Source of the DNA: Candidatus Hydrogenedentota bacterium
GTDB lineage: Bacteria; Hydrogenedentota; Hydrogenedentia; Hydrogenedentales; SLHB01
Assembly: GCA_045863295.1 (NCBI GenBank)
Contig: BTWA01000032.1
Coordinates: 8,144-72,143 of the forward strand
Length of the DNA stretch: 64,000 nt
Reading direction: 5' to 3'
Position numbers and translations under genes: made by a program. Positions 10,392 through 19,766 of the stretch are shown one piece after another. The notes beneath the pieces are model-generated. The model worked only from the letters and a program-made list of their open reading frames with translations. It made no database searches and was not told the origin of the DNA. Every line of letters begins with the position of its first letter. Within the stretch, counting starts at the first letter, position 1.

Positions 10392-11954
10392 ATGAGGGCA
10401 ATCATCACGCTGATACGCTCTCGGATTGCGGCGGTTGCGCCTGCGATGGCGGTGTCGTTGGCCGTGGGTTGCGTGCTTGCGTATGGGGCCTCGAGAGACA
10501 ACGGGCTCAAGAGGTTTGATGTTACCGACTACACCATGCTCTCCGTGTTTCCCGAGATGGTGTTCGGGTTGGGGCTTGTGGCGATCTTGTGCATTTTGAT
10601 GGTCAACGATACAAGCAAGCGGGGCATTCGCATTGGTTTCCCGGAGCATCTAAAGTCGCTGCCGGTGTCCACTCCGTTGCTGGCGCTGGCGGAGGTGCTT
10701 TCCGGGGTCGCGTTGGTCGGATTTCACGTGCTGGTATCCGCTACGGTTCTGGATTGGATGAGCGATCGACTTGGGATGGTCAGTTCGTCGCGTGTGGGTC
10801 TCTGGCAGCCCTGGTTTTGGGTGGCGTCCACGGCGTGGGCGTACGGCCTCGTGTGGACCGTCGGATCGATTCACGTGCTTCTGGTGGTTGCGGGGTTTGG
10901 AGCTTGGTACTTGTGTCTTGGGCTATTGAACGCCGGTGATGCGGGCCTCGCCTTCATGTCGGCGCTTGGCCTTGGGCTGGCCATGATTGGAGCGCGACTG
11001 TCGCGGCGCGGCACGCTGCGTCCGGTGCGGGCGTCGGTCGAAACCGGCGTTTTCGCGGGCGAGCGGGCCTCCGGGTTTTTTGATGCTGTCGAAGCCCAGG
11101 CGTGGTTCGAATCCCGGCGGTCGGGGCGGTGGTTGTGGTTGATGTTCGGGATCGCCCTGATGGTGACGTTTGTGCCTCGTGTTGTCATCGCGTTTCCTGA
11201 AATGCACACCAGCGATTTCAATTCAATAAACCTTCGGCGTGAAATCGCTTGGGGAGGCAATGCGGCTATTGGGTTGTTCTTGTTGACCGCGTGGTTGTAT
11301 GGAGCGCTCCGGCTCGTGTCGCGGACGCGGGCCCTCTGGATCGGCAAACAGCCCTTCGGGCTGTTGCAACCGCTGCCATCAGCGGCGATGTCGAATGCGA
11401 CCTTGCGCGCGCAAGCCATTGAGATGGCGGGACCTTGGGTGATCGTGATCCTGGTGAACGCGCTGGACGTGTTCTTCGTGCGCGCCGACGGCGAGGGCAG
11501 CGGCATCTACATCGAATTGTTGCGGGGCACGCACGATTATTGGTTTGTTGAAGTGATCGCCTTCGCGGCCATTTCGCTCTCACTCTATGGACTTGCCTGG
11601 ATCGCGAGCCAGTTTGGTGTGCTGCTTGTGGTCACGTTTGCCGTCGCGTTAATTGGCGGTCTGGACGGCGACGCAGTCCAGTTGTGGATGTCCATAACGT
11701 TGGCGGTGGCCGCGGTGTTGACCGTCGTCGCGATTGCCCGTTCGCCGCGTGCCATGCGCGATGCACTCCGCCTTGCCGGCGAAGTTCTGTTGCTCATGCT
11801 GTTTTTTGGCCTTGCCGTCGTTGGGCTGAAAGGGCCGCAATCGCTTGACCTCATGCCGCTTAAGTCGATTGGAATCCTGTTGACCGTCTGTCTGCTGGCG
11901 GTCCTGCCGGCGTATGTGACTCCCTTGACGATCAAATGGCAGCGGGTCCATTGA
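10392..11954 (+). CDS. Polytopic membrane protein, putative ABC permease (paralog 1)
   Basis: Many TM segments. Shares GF...L..LP(V/M).T, W.E.R and terminal QR motifs with the next two genes. Confidence 0.75.
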   Translation: MRAIITLIRSRIAAVAPAMAVSLAVGCVLAYGASRDNGLKRFDVTDYTMLSVFPEMVFGLGLVAILCILMVNDTSKRGIRIGFPEHLKSLPVSTPLLALAEVLSGVALVGFHVLVSATVLDWMSDRLGMVSSSRVGLWQPWFWVASTAWAYGLVWTVGSIHVLLVVAGFGAWYLCLGLLNAGDAGLAFMSALGLGLAMIGARLSRRGTLRPVRASVETGVFAGERASGFFDAVEAQAWFESRRSGRWLWLMFGIALMVTFVPRVVIAFPEMHTSDFNSINLRREIAWGGNAAIGLFLLTAWLYGALRLVSRTRALWIGKQPFGLLQPLPSAAMSNATLRAQAIEMAGPWVIVILVNALDVFFVRADGEGSGIYIELLRGTHDYWFVEVIAFAAISLSLYGLAWIASQFGVLLVVTFAVALIGGLDGDAVQLWMSITLAVAAVLTVVAIARSPRAMRDALRLAGEVLLLMLFFGLAVVGLKGPQSLDLMPLKSIGILLTVCLLAVLPAYVTPLTIKWQRVH

Positions 11955-11971
11955 TGAGGAGGCGTTAACCC

Positions 11972-13525
11972 ATGCGCGCAGCCAGTGCATTGATCTGGAG
12001 CCAATGGCGGCAGACGCGGTGGTACGTCGTGGGCGTGCCTGTGCTGTGCGCGTTGTGGGCGTACGCCATCCGGGGCTCGCTGGAACATTTTCAATTGAGC
12101 AGCCTGGTCATCCTGTTTATCGGAATCCTTGCGCTGCTTGTGCGGTTGATCACAATGCATGGCGATTCCGGGAACCTGCGTTTTGGTTTTTCGCCGGCCC
12201 TGTACCGGCTGCCTGTTTCCACGGGTATGCTGGTCGCAGTTCACGTGATTTTTGCTTTCGTTGCGGTTGCAACGGTGTATCTAGTTTCTTCGCTCGTCAT
12301 TCGCGAAATCACGACCAGCCCGTATTTCTCATCCAGGTTGACCGAGACCTCCCGGTTTCTACTGGCGGTGTTTGCCGTTGGGGCGATGGCGCTTGCCGTT
12401 GCCTGGACTTTGGGCGCAATTCACGCCTATCTGGCGTTTGTTTCGATTCTGCTCTTTGGCGTCGTGTTCACTTACATTGCGTTAAGGCATTCCGCCGCGC
12501 TGCCCGCATTTCTGCTTGCGTGGGGAGGCGGATCGCTCGCGGTCGCCCTGGCAGGCGCATACCGGGGCCGAAGCGGCGGATTCCGGCGATTTCCTTCTGT
12601 CACGGAGAGCGCTCCGCGGCAAGAACCTCGCGCATTCCGACGGGCCCTATGGGCGGTGGCCTGGTCCGAATACCGCCGGCTTGGAATATGGTTCGTTCCT
12701 GCGTACTTGCTGCTGTTGCTTCTTTTTTTCTGGGCCGGTGCGTCCGCTCAAGGAATCTATAACCATGGGCCTCGAAGCGCACTGGCCAATTCCGTGGAGT
12801 TTGCCGCCTACGGGTCGTTGGCGGCATTCCTGAGTGCGGCCGTCCTGTACAACATCCTGCTCATTGGCGACGATTTGGGAAGCGGCCGAAAGCTATCGTC
12901 CGGCATCTGGCGTAATCCCTTGGGTGACATGCGCGCAATTGCGAATGGGCGGTTGCTGGCCGGCCTGATGAGTCTGATTGTCCCCTGGGTAGTGACGTGT
13001 GCGCTGTTCGACGCTTATTTTGCGGTTGGCATCGAAAGCCATGCGCACAGCCCCGTTGCGACGATTGACGTACTTATTTGGGGCATGGACTATGGGCCAA
13101 CCGGACCTGGCGAGTACGGCGTGGTTCAGTTCGTGCTTGGCTCCATGGTGTTGTTGGGCGTCGGATGGGTGGTCCAACAGTGCGGCATTCTGTATCTGCT
13201 TTTCTTAGTCGTGTTGTCGAACGCCATCAACCTGTTTGACCTTGAATCGTTGCGGATCGACTATGTCGGTTCATTCCTTCTCTTCCCGTTTGGCATCGCC
13301 TGTGTATTTCTGATCAAGAACGCGGGCGACTTGCGCTATGTGCGAACCGTTGCGGCGGTGTGGCTGGTCGCCTTCCTGGCGGCGCTACTGGCTTTTTTCG
13401 CCGGATTTTATGAGCCCATCGTGCGCGATCACAGCGTGTGGATCGCCGCGGCAGCCGTGGCGTCGATGATCTGCGTTCCCATGTTGCTTGCGTCCACCAT
13501 TTTTCGGTTTCAACAGCACCGTTAA
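11972..13525 (+). CDS. Polytopic membrane protein, putative ABC permease (paralog 2)
   Basis: MRAASALIWSQWRQT start, same motifs as its neighbours, GAGGAGG RBS. Confidence 0.78.
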   Translation: MRAASALIWSQWRQTRWYVVGVPVLCALWAYAIRGSLEHFQLSSLVILFIGILALLVRLITMHGDSGNLRFGFSPALYRLPVSTGMLVAVHVIFAFVAVATVYLVSSLVIREITTSPYFSSRLTETSRFLLAVFAVGAMALAVAWTLGAIHAYLAFVSILLFGVVFTYIALRHSAALPAFLLAWGGGSLAVALAGAYRGRSGGFRRFPSVTESAPRQEPRAFRRALWAVAWSEYRRLGIWFVPAYLLLLLLFFWAGASAQGIYNHGPRSALANSVEFAAYGSLAAFLSAAVLYNILLIGDDLGSGRKLSSGIWRNPLGDMRAIANGRLLAGLMSLIVPWVVTCALFDAYFAVGIESHAHSPVATIDVLIWGMDYGPTGPGEYGVVQFVLGSMVLLGVGWVVQQCGILYLLFLVVLSNAINLFDLESLRIDYVGSFLLFPFGIACVFLIKNAGDLRYVRTVAAVWLVAFLAALLAFFAGFYEPIVRDHSVWIAAAAVASMICVPMLLASTIFRFQQHR

Positions 13526-13540
13526 AAGGAGTCAAAGCTC

Positions 13541-15157
13541 ATGCGCGCGGCTACGATGCTTTTGTGGAGCCAGTGGAAGCAAACGGGTTGGTTTGCTTTG
13601 GCGGGTGTGGTGTTTTCGGCGTTATTTGTCTGGTTGATTCATGTGACGCCGCCCGATCCCGAGTATGACGGGATGATGCTGATGTATATGTTCCTGGCTC
13701 GCATGACGGCGTTGCTTTCGTTGAGCGTAGTGGTTTTGTGGTCGTTGTTCATGCACATGAACCGGGATCGGCTTGGATTTGGGTTTTCGCGGCACCTGAG
13801 CATTTTGCCGATGCGTACGGGATCCATGGTGGCGCTTCAAATTGGATACAGCCTTGCACTCGTGCTTGCCATGATCGTGGCGTTCCGATGGATGTTTTTT
13901 TCGATTCCGGAATCCAAGAATCTGGATTTCAACGTGTTGGACGGGGCGGTTTTTCGCGTCTCCACGTGGAGCGTCATCGTTGCGGTGGGGTATGGCATGG
14001 TGTGGTCGTTCGGCTGGTTAAAGTCGTGGGCAGCGGCATTGCCGTTTGCAGTGTTAATGGCATTGTTGGTGGTGTCCTCGGCATTTCCGGACTCGTATAC
14101 CTATCTGGGCGGCGCGGGAATGGCCGCCGCCGTGGCCGGGGCCTATCTGGCGCGCACAGGCCGGGCGTTTCCGGCTCGGGTGCCGCCTTTGAGCGGAGCG
14201 GCGACGATGGCCGACGCGCCGAAACGGTTTGCTTCGGCGGATGCGGCGCAATGCTGGTTTGAGACGCGGTCGCGCGGGTGGTGGCTGTTCGCCGCGCACG
14301 GGGCCTGCATGGTGGCAGTGCCTTTGCTGGTGCTGTTCGATGCGCCGGATGCGCTGGAAGCCGCCGCGGATATTCTTTCCAGACCAAAAGACATCTATCT
14401 GCTTCTGGTTGGATGGGTCATTGTGCCATTTCCCTGGGCGATGTTGATCTGCAGCGTATTCATCTTGGCGCGCGAGATCATGATGCACCGCACCAAGGAA
14501 GGGTTCTGGATGTTCACACGCCCGATGGGGACAGCCGATCTGGCTTCTGCCCGCATCCGGGCCAACGCACGGCAGTTTATGTATCACTACCTCGCGATGG
14601 CCGTGCTGGCGTTGCCGTTGCTGCCGGAAGCGGCCCGAGAGATCAGTGGTGAGTTTCAACAGGCGGGATTTACGTCTGTCTTTTTGACTACGACAAGCGG
14701 CGCCGGTTCCCTGATCGTGGCGGTGGCGGTAGCCGGCGGTGTTTTCATCTGGTCCCTGCCGTTTCACGTGGCAACGTTTGGTTTAGGCGTTTTCGTCTTG
14801 CTGGCGCCGCAAACCATTGCCATGTTTCTCATTGCGAGGGGACCGGATATGCGGTTCAACGAAACGCACAAGGATTTGATAGAGGGGTTGACCATCGGTT
14901 CGGCGGTTTTTCTGTGGGCCGCGGTTCTGTTGTTGATCGGCCTGGCGTTTTACCGCCATTTCCTAAGTTGGAAGCACGCACTGTTCATAGTGGTTTCGTT
15001 CGGCACAAGCCTTTGCCTGATCGCCCTCCTTTCCTACGTGGATTCGGAGTTCCGGTTGGAGGGAACGATGTGGCTGATCGGCGGACTGATCGCGCTGGCT
15101 CCCGGCCTCGCGATTGCGCTGGTGCCATTGAACATCCAGTGGCAGCGGCACCGGTAG
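13541..15157 (+). CDS. Polytopic membrane protein, putative ABC permease (paralog 3)
   Basis: MRAATMLLWSQWKQT start, ends WQRHR, AAGGAG RBS. Confidence 0.78.
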   Translation: MRAATMLLWSQWKQTGWFALAGVVFSALFVWLIHVTPPDPEYDGMMLMYMFLARMTALLSLSVVVLWSLFMHMNRDRLGFGFSRHLSILPMRTGSMVALQIGYSLALVLAMIVAFRWMFFSIPESKNLDFNVLDGAVFRVSTWSVIVAVGYGMVWSFGWLKSWAAALPFAVLMALLVVSSAFPDSYTYLGGAGMAAAVAGAYLARTGRAFPARVPPLSGAATMADAPKRFASADAAQCWFETRSRGWWLFAAHGACMVAVPLLVLFDAPDALEAAADILSRPKDIYLLLVGWVIVPFPWAMLICSVFILAREIMMHRTKEGFWMFTRPMGTADLASARIRANARQFMYHYLAMAVLALPLLPEAAREISGEFQQAGFTSVFLTTTSGAGSLIVAVAVAGGVFIWSLPFHVATFGLGVFVLLAPQTIAMFLIARGPDMRFNETHKDLIEGLTIGSAVFLWAAVLLLIGLAFYRHFLSWKHALFIVVSFGTSLCLIALLSYVDSEFRLEGTMWLIGGLIALAPGLAIALVPLNIQWQRHR

Positions 15158-15202
15158 CCGGGTTCGATTACCTGCTCGCGCGGGGGAAGTACGCCGGGGA
15201 GG

Positions 15203-16102
15203 ATGAAGGCCATGAAGAAGTCTGGGTTCACGCTTGTCGAGCTTCTGGTGGTGATCGCGATCATTTCGATTCTTGGGGCATTGTTGATGTCCGGTTTGAG
15301 CCGGGCGATGGAACTTGGCCGGCGCACGACGTGCGTCAACAATCTCAAGCAGATCGGCATCGCGTTCATGCTGTTTGCCGATGAAAACCGGGACTATTGG
15401 CCGCCACGCCATGTGCCATACTTTAATTCGTATTCGCCAAACGTCGGGTGCTACGCAAGTTTCGACGGGGAGTTCGTGTATCCCGATTACTTGACGGATG
15501 CCAACGTTCTCCTTTGTCCGAGCGACGGCGAGTATTTTGTGGAAGGGCGATTGGAGAGCAATCTACAAATGCCGGTGGGTCCGGGGTGGAACGCGTCAAA
15601 CTTTCACAATCCGGTGCGGAACAAGGCGACGTTTGTTCACATGCCGGACTATTCGTATGTGTATTGGGGATACATGATTAATCCCGCCGATGCCGCGACA
15701 ACGCCGGATGTGGATGCGTTGGCGTTGAAGCTGGTGAACATTCATCCGGATGCGGTCAACTTCACCACGCGCTGGAGCGACCTTGAGGTTACGTTGCCGA
15801 CGTGGGCCGATCCGATAACACTGCACCGGTTGCGCAATGGTATCGAACGGATCATGATTACGGATATCAACAGTCCGGCGGCGGGTTCGCACAGCGCGTC
15901 GGAGGTGGCCGTGATTTGGGATCACGTGAGCCGGCGCGGCGGGGCCTTCTACATGCCCGACCGCAATCACTTGCCACTGGCGGCCAACGTGTCGTTTCTC
16001 GATGGACATGTGGAGTGGGGGCGGTATCCGCAGCCTTCGGGGTCAAAGTTTTTCATGCTGACGGAAGCGGCACAGGCGTGCGCGGTGGATGAATTTCCGT
16101 GA
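15203..16102 (+). CDS. Second DUF1559 / prepilin-type protein with H-X9-DG-like motif (start 15203 or 15212)
   Basis: [17 protein letters not shown]...[50 protein letters not shown]. Confidence 0.92.
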   Translation: MKAMKKSGFTLVELLVVIAIISILGALLMSGLSRAMELGRRTTCVNNLKQIGIAFMLFADENRDYWPPRHVPYFNSYSPNVGCYASFDGEFVYPDYLTDANVLLCPSDGEYFVEGRLESNLQMPVGPGWNASNFHNPVRNKATFVHMPDYSYVYWGYMINPADAATTPDVDALALKLVNIHPDAVNFTTRWSDLEVTLPTWADPITLHRLRNGIERIMITDINSPAAGSHSASEVAVIWDHVSRRGGAFYMPDRNHLPLAANVSFLDGHVEWGRYPQPSGSKFFMLTEAAQACAVDEFP

Positions 16103-16125
16103 AGGATACCGGGCGAGTAGCCGAA

Positions 16126-16158
16126 TTTGTCCGCAGATGAAGCCGATTGGCGTAGTTG
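16126..16158 (+). repeat. Dispersed short repeat (CCGCAGATGAA.GCCGAT type), copy 1
   Basis: About 29/34 identical to the reverse complement of 62768-62801. Confidence 0.6.
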
Positions 16159-16343
16159 CACTTTGCGAGAAGCGCATTCGTTACGTTGGTTTTTCTATCT
16201 CCGCTACAGGGACCATGGCCGCGACACGGAAATTGTGAATACAACCCAAAGGCCGAACCCAATCCAAGCGTGTTTTTGATTCTTGACGGGCAGCGGGACT
16301 AGATTGTGATCGACCAGAGGCTGGCGTTCAGGAGTGCTCCGTC

Positions 16344-17276
16344 ATGTTTCGCTCTGCAAACGAATCCCACTCGCGAACATGTTCTGTGCATTTACTTTGG
16401 TTTTGGCTTCCATTTGTCCTTTCATCAGTTGTCCTGTTTGCGTTAAGCCAATTTGATTGGCTATCCATTTACGTGTCGAATTCGGTACCGCTGCCTTCTC
16501 TTGGGGAAGGAGCGGCGAATGCGACTCGATCTTCCCTTCTGATTGCGGCGATATTTTACAGCATCGTTCAGGCCATTGCTGACTTTAGACCAGGAAGTGC
16601 CATGTACCTCGTTGCTGGTTCCTTGCATGCAAGTGCGATCTCCGAGTTAGCGCGTAATCGCGTATGGCGCCAAATGCGTTTATTGGCTTGGCCGTCAGCG
16701 GTGTATCTTCTATTGAGTGCTCCTGGATTCTTTCACCGTATTCATCCGATATCGGCCGAGAATGTACTGTACGTCGCTGTAGGGGCTGCGGGACTGATTT
16801 CGTTTCACCTTGTCGTATTGCTGAAGGCTTGGGTACTGTTGAATCTTGGCTGGGCGGCGGTCCTGCTGTATGTAATCTGCTTCCTTCCCTTGTTGGCTTC
16901 CGGGGTGGTTGCCGATCTTTATTCCCAGGTGTTGCTTATGGCTTGCCTTATGTTGGGCCTCAGCGTTTTTGCCGCGGTTGGGTTGTACCGGGTGGTCAGG
17001 CTGGTTGGCGTGAGGGCAGGCGTGGATCTCGTGCCGCGAAAGAATCTGTTGCTTGCGGGCAAGTTCTCATTCGGCGGTTTGTGTATCGCGCTGGCACATG
17101 TCTGCATTCTTCGGTCATACGTGCCGGCATTGGACCCGTTTTTGTGGGCGCTGCCCATTCTGGCCGGGGTTCCACTGATTTCCATACCATTGATGCTTTA
17201 TTATGGCATTCGCTACGGCGATACGAGTTCAATTGATCGCACAGACGTGGCCCAATCCGGTGTCACCCGGCCTTGA
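16344..17276 (+). CDS. Hypothetical membrane protein
   Basis: AGGAG RBS, multiple hydrophobic segments, no recognised motif. Confidence 0.6.
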   Translation: MFRSANESHSRTCSVHLLWFWLPFVLSSVVLFALSQFDWLSIYVSNSVPLPSLGEGAANATRSSLLIAAIFYSIVQAIADFRPGSAMYLVAGSLHASAISELARNRVWRQMRLLAWPSAVYLLLSAPGFFHRIHPISAENVLYVAVGAAGLISFHLVVLLKAWVLLNLGWAAVLLYVICFLPLLASGVVADLYSQVLLMACLMLGLSVFAAVGLYRVVRLVGVRAGVDLVPRKNLLLAGKFSFGGLCIALAHVCILRSYVPALDPFLWALPILAGVPLISIPLMLYYGIRYGDTSSIDRTDVAQSGVTRP

Positions 17277-17420
17277 TTCTTTCGCCCAAAACCCACTAGT
17301 CTCTACGGGCTGAAGAGCGGGGAGGCGGGGACTGCACGCGCTTGGGCGCTGATCCTTCCTGTCCATCATGATTGCCAAAATATGCGGGGCGAGAAGTATG
17401 CCCGCGGAGGAGCGTGTGCC

Positions 17421-18728
17421 GTGACGGATGTGTTGTTTGGCAAGAAGAAGTGGACTGACGGTCTGACAGGGTACCACTGGCTGGTGCTGACGGTCGTGTC
17501 GCTGGGGTGGATGTTCGACACGATGGACCAATGGCTGTACGTGGCCGCTCGCCAGCCCGCTCTAAAGGATTTGTTGGGACCCGGCGCGTCTCCGGAGCAA
17601 CTGAAATTCCTGGGAGGCGTCGTCAACGGTATATTCATATTCGGTTGGGCAACCGGTGGTTTTCTATTTGGCATGGTTGGCGATCGCTTAGGCCGTACGC
17701 TGACGATGGCCATAACCGTTCTAGTCTACGCCGTGTTTACCGGTTTGAGCGGTCTGTCCACCAATTGGGAAATGTTTGCCGCCTGCCGTTTCCTCACGGG
17801 ACTTGGCATTGGCGGCGAATTTGCGGCGGGTGCGGCGCTGGTTGCGGAAGTATTCCCAAATCATGCGCGGCCCGTGGCTTTGGGGATTATGCAAGCCTGT
17901 TCAGCCATCGGCAACATAATGGCTGGCTTTATCAGTTTGACGGTGTTTAGCACGGTTACAGACGCGAGCAGTTGGCGATATATCTTTTTTGTCGGATTCG
18001 TTCCTGCTTTGTTGGTGTTTGCCATCCGGCTTTTCGTGAAAGAGCCGGAACAATGGCATGAGGCCAAGGCCAAAGCAAAAAAGGGCGACATTGAGATTGG
18101 ATCCATCCTGGGGTTGTTTACCGATCCGATCTTGAGGCGGAATACCATTGTGGGCGTATGTCTTGCCGCGGTCGGCGTAATCGGTTTTTGGGGCATTGGC
18201 ACGTTTTCGTCCGACTTCCTCCGGGGAATTGTGAACCCGGATGGCTTGGAAGAACTCCGCGGCAAGGCGGATCGGTTCGCAAGTTATGCGATCATGGTCC
18301 AAAACGCGGGCGCGTTTTTCGGTATCCTAGCTTGGGCGTGGCTTGCGCAACGCATTGGCCGCAAACCCACTTTTGCGATAAGTTTCATCGCGTGCGCGAT
18401 AGTTGTGCCTATCACGTTTAATATCGGCGATTCCACGACCGTCGTGCTTATCATGTTGTCGATCATGGGGTTCTTCCTGACATCTCTCTTTGGCGGGTAC
18501 GCAGTTTACTTCCCCGAATTGTTTCCGACGAGACTGCGCGCAACAGGCACGGGATTCTGCTACAACGTGGCCCGGTATATTTCCATTTCCGGGCCGTGGA
18601 CATTTGGTTTGCTGAGTGCGCAAATTGGAATTTCGTGGTCGGCCGCGGTCATGTCCATCGTGTTTGTGCTTGGCCTGCTCGTGCTGCCGTTTGCGCCGGA
18701 AACGCGGGGCAAACCCTTGCCGGAGTGA
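17421..18728 (+). CDS. MFS transporter (sugar/aromatic acid/sialate-like)
   Basis: GMVGDRLGR motif A, GLGIGGEF, ELFPTRLRATG, PETRGKPLPE. GGAGG RBS before GTG 17421. Confidence 0.92.
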   Translation: MTDVLFGKKKWTDGLTGYHWLVLTVVSLGWMFDTMDQWLYVAARQPALKDLLGPGASPEQLKFLGGVVNGIFIFGWATGGFLFGMVGDRLGRTLTMAITVLVYAVFTGLSGLSTNWEMFAACRFLTGLGIGGEFAAGAALVAEVFPNHARPVALGIMQACSAIGNIMAGFISLTVFSTVTDASSWRYIFFVGFVPALLVFAIRLFVKEPEQWHEAKAKAKKGDIEIGSILGLFTDPILRRNTIVGVCLAAVGVIGFWGIGTFSSDFLRGIVNPDGLEELRGKADRFASYAIMVQNAGAFFGILAWAWLAQRIGRKPTFAISFIACAIVVPITFNIGDSTTVVLIMLSIMGFFLTSLFGGYAVYFPELFPTRLRATGTGFCYNVARYISISGPWTFGLLSAQIGISWSAAVMSIVFVLGLLVLPFAPETRGKPLPE

Positions 18729-18870
18729 TTTCAGGGAACAGGTCAACCGAATCATTTGTCGACGCCGCGCCTTCTGGGTGCGGCGTCGTTGCTTCCGGCG
18801 CGGTTTGGATAGTAGAAATCCCATGATATAGTTCGCCCGTGCCGGTTTCGCTTATTAAAAGCGTTCGGCA

Positions 18871-19110
18871 ATGACTACACGATTGGACGAAGTAACAGCC
18901 CTGGCTCTAGAGCTTCCGCTTCGTGACCGTGTGATTTTGGCACAACGTCTGACAAGCGGCGTCAATCCTGGGCCAGAAAGCACTTTGCAGATTGACGAGA
19001 CGTGGTTCGAACTCGCCGAGAAGCGCGCGCGGGAACTCAGTAGTGGTGAAGTGCAAGCGGTGGACTCAGATGTCGTGTTTGCTCAGGCACGCAAAGACTT
19101 GGGACGATGA
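18871..19110 (+). CDS. Putative addiction module antitoxin (TIGR02574-like)
   Basis: ALELPLRDRVILAQRL...IDETW...AEKR...SGEVQAV pattern, 79 aa. Confidence 0.8.
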   Translation: MTTRLDEVTALALELPLRDRVILAQRLTSGVNPGPESTLQIDETWFELAEKRARELSSGEVQAVDSDVVFAQARKDLGR

Positions 19111-19204
19111 AAGTTTGGTTTCCATAGTGTACGATTTGCGCGATGAGTATATTTTCATAATGCACGATCGGCGGATGCCCTCTTGTTGGTCATCTCCTCT
19201 TTGA
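19107..19204 (+). pseudogene. Internally deleted RelE/ParE-type toxin remnant
   Basis: ATGA overlap with the antitoxin stop gives MKVWFP*. A different frame continues as SIVYDLRDEYIFIMHDRRMPSCW, which resembles a ParE C-terminus (IVY...MH.RR.P.YW). Confidence 0.65.
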
Positions 19205-19687
19205 ATTGTCTCTGACGTCAGCCCGAAATGGCCTGTTCCCATCGCCAACGTGAAAGACCGCGTTATGCTCTCCACGCTCCAGGCTTAACGCCAGTTCTCC
19301 GTGTGTAGCGTAGAGGTTCTCGTCCGGCACACGCACGCTGTCGATCCAGATGGCCACGTCGCGGTCGTGGTTATACACAAGGTTTATCGGCGCGCTGACT
19401 TTGGTTTCGAATGTACACCGAAGTAACGCGGGGGTCTTTGCAAGCGCGATCTCTCCTGTTAAGGAAGCGCTAATTGTGCTCCATTTATACGGGGCCGGAT
19501 TGACGAGCAAGGCCTCTACGTCGAAGTCTTTCAAGTCAGCAGGCGATCCGTTTTCAAACGTCAACATGTGCCAGCGAAGGATTGTTGGACTCGCGGGTTC
19601 ACTGCTTATCGTCAGGCAACCTTGTATGAGGGCGAATGTGACCATAATGCATGCTATCGCGTATAGCGTTCTGGAATATCCGTTCAT
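19190..19687 (-). CDS. Hypothetical exported/lipoprotein
   Basis: MNGYSRTLYAIACIMVTFALIQGC signal/lipobox-like N-terminus. Confidence 0.55.
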   Translation of the reverse strand: MNGYSRTLYAIACIMVTFALIQGCLTISSEPASPTILRWHMLTFENGSPADLKDFDVEALLVNPAPYKWSTISASLTGEIALAKTPALLRCTFETKVSAPINLVYNHDRDVAIWIDSVRVPDENLYATHGELALSLERGEHNAVFHVGDGNRPFRADVRDNSKRR

Positions 19688-19766
19688 TTCGTCATCTACT
19701 CGCCTGAATCGAGGTTTCGTAACTGATGAGGGGACTCGCAAGCGTCGGGATGCCGCTTCTACTACT

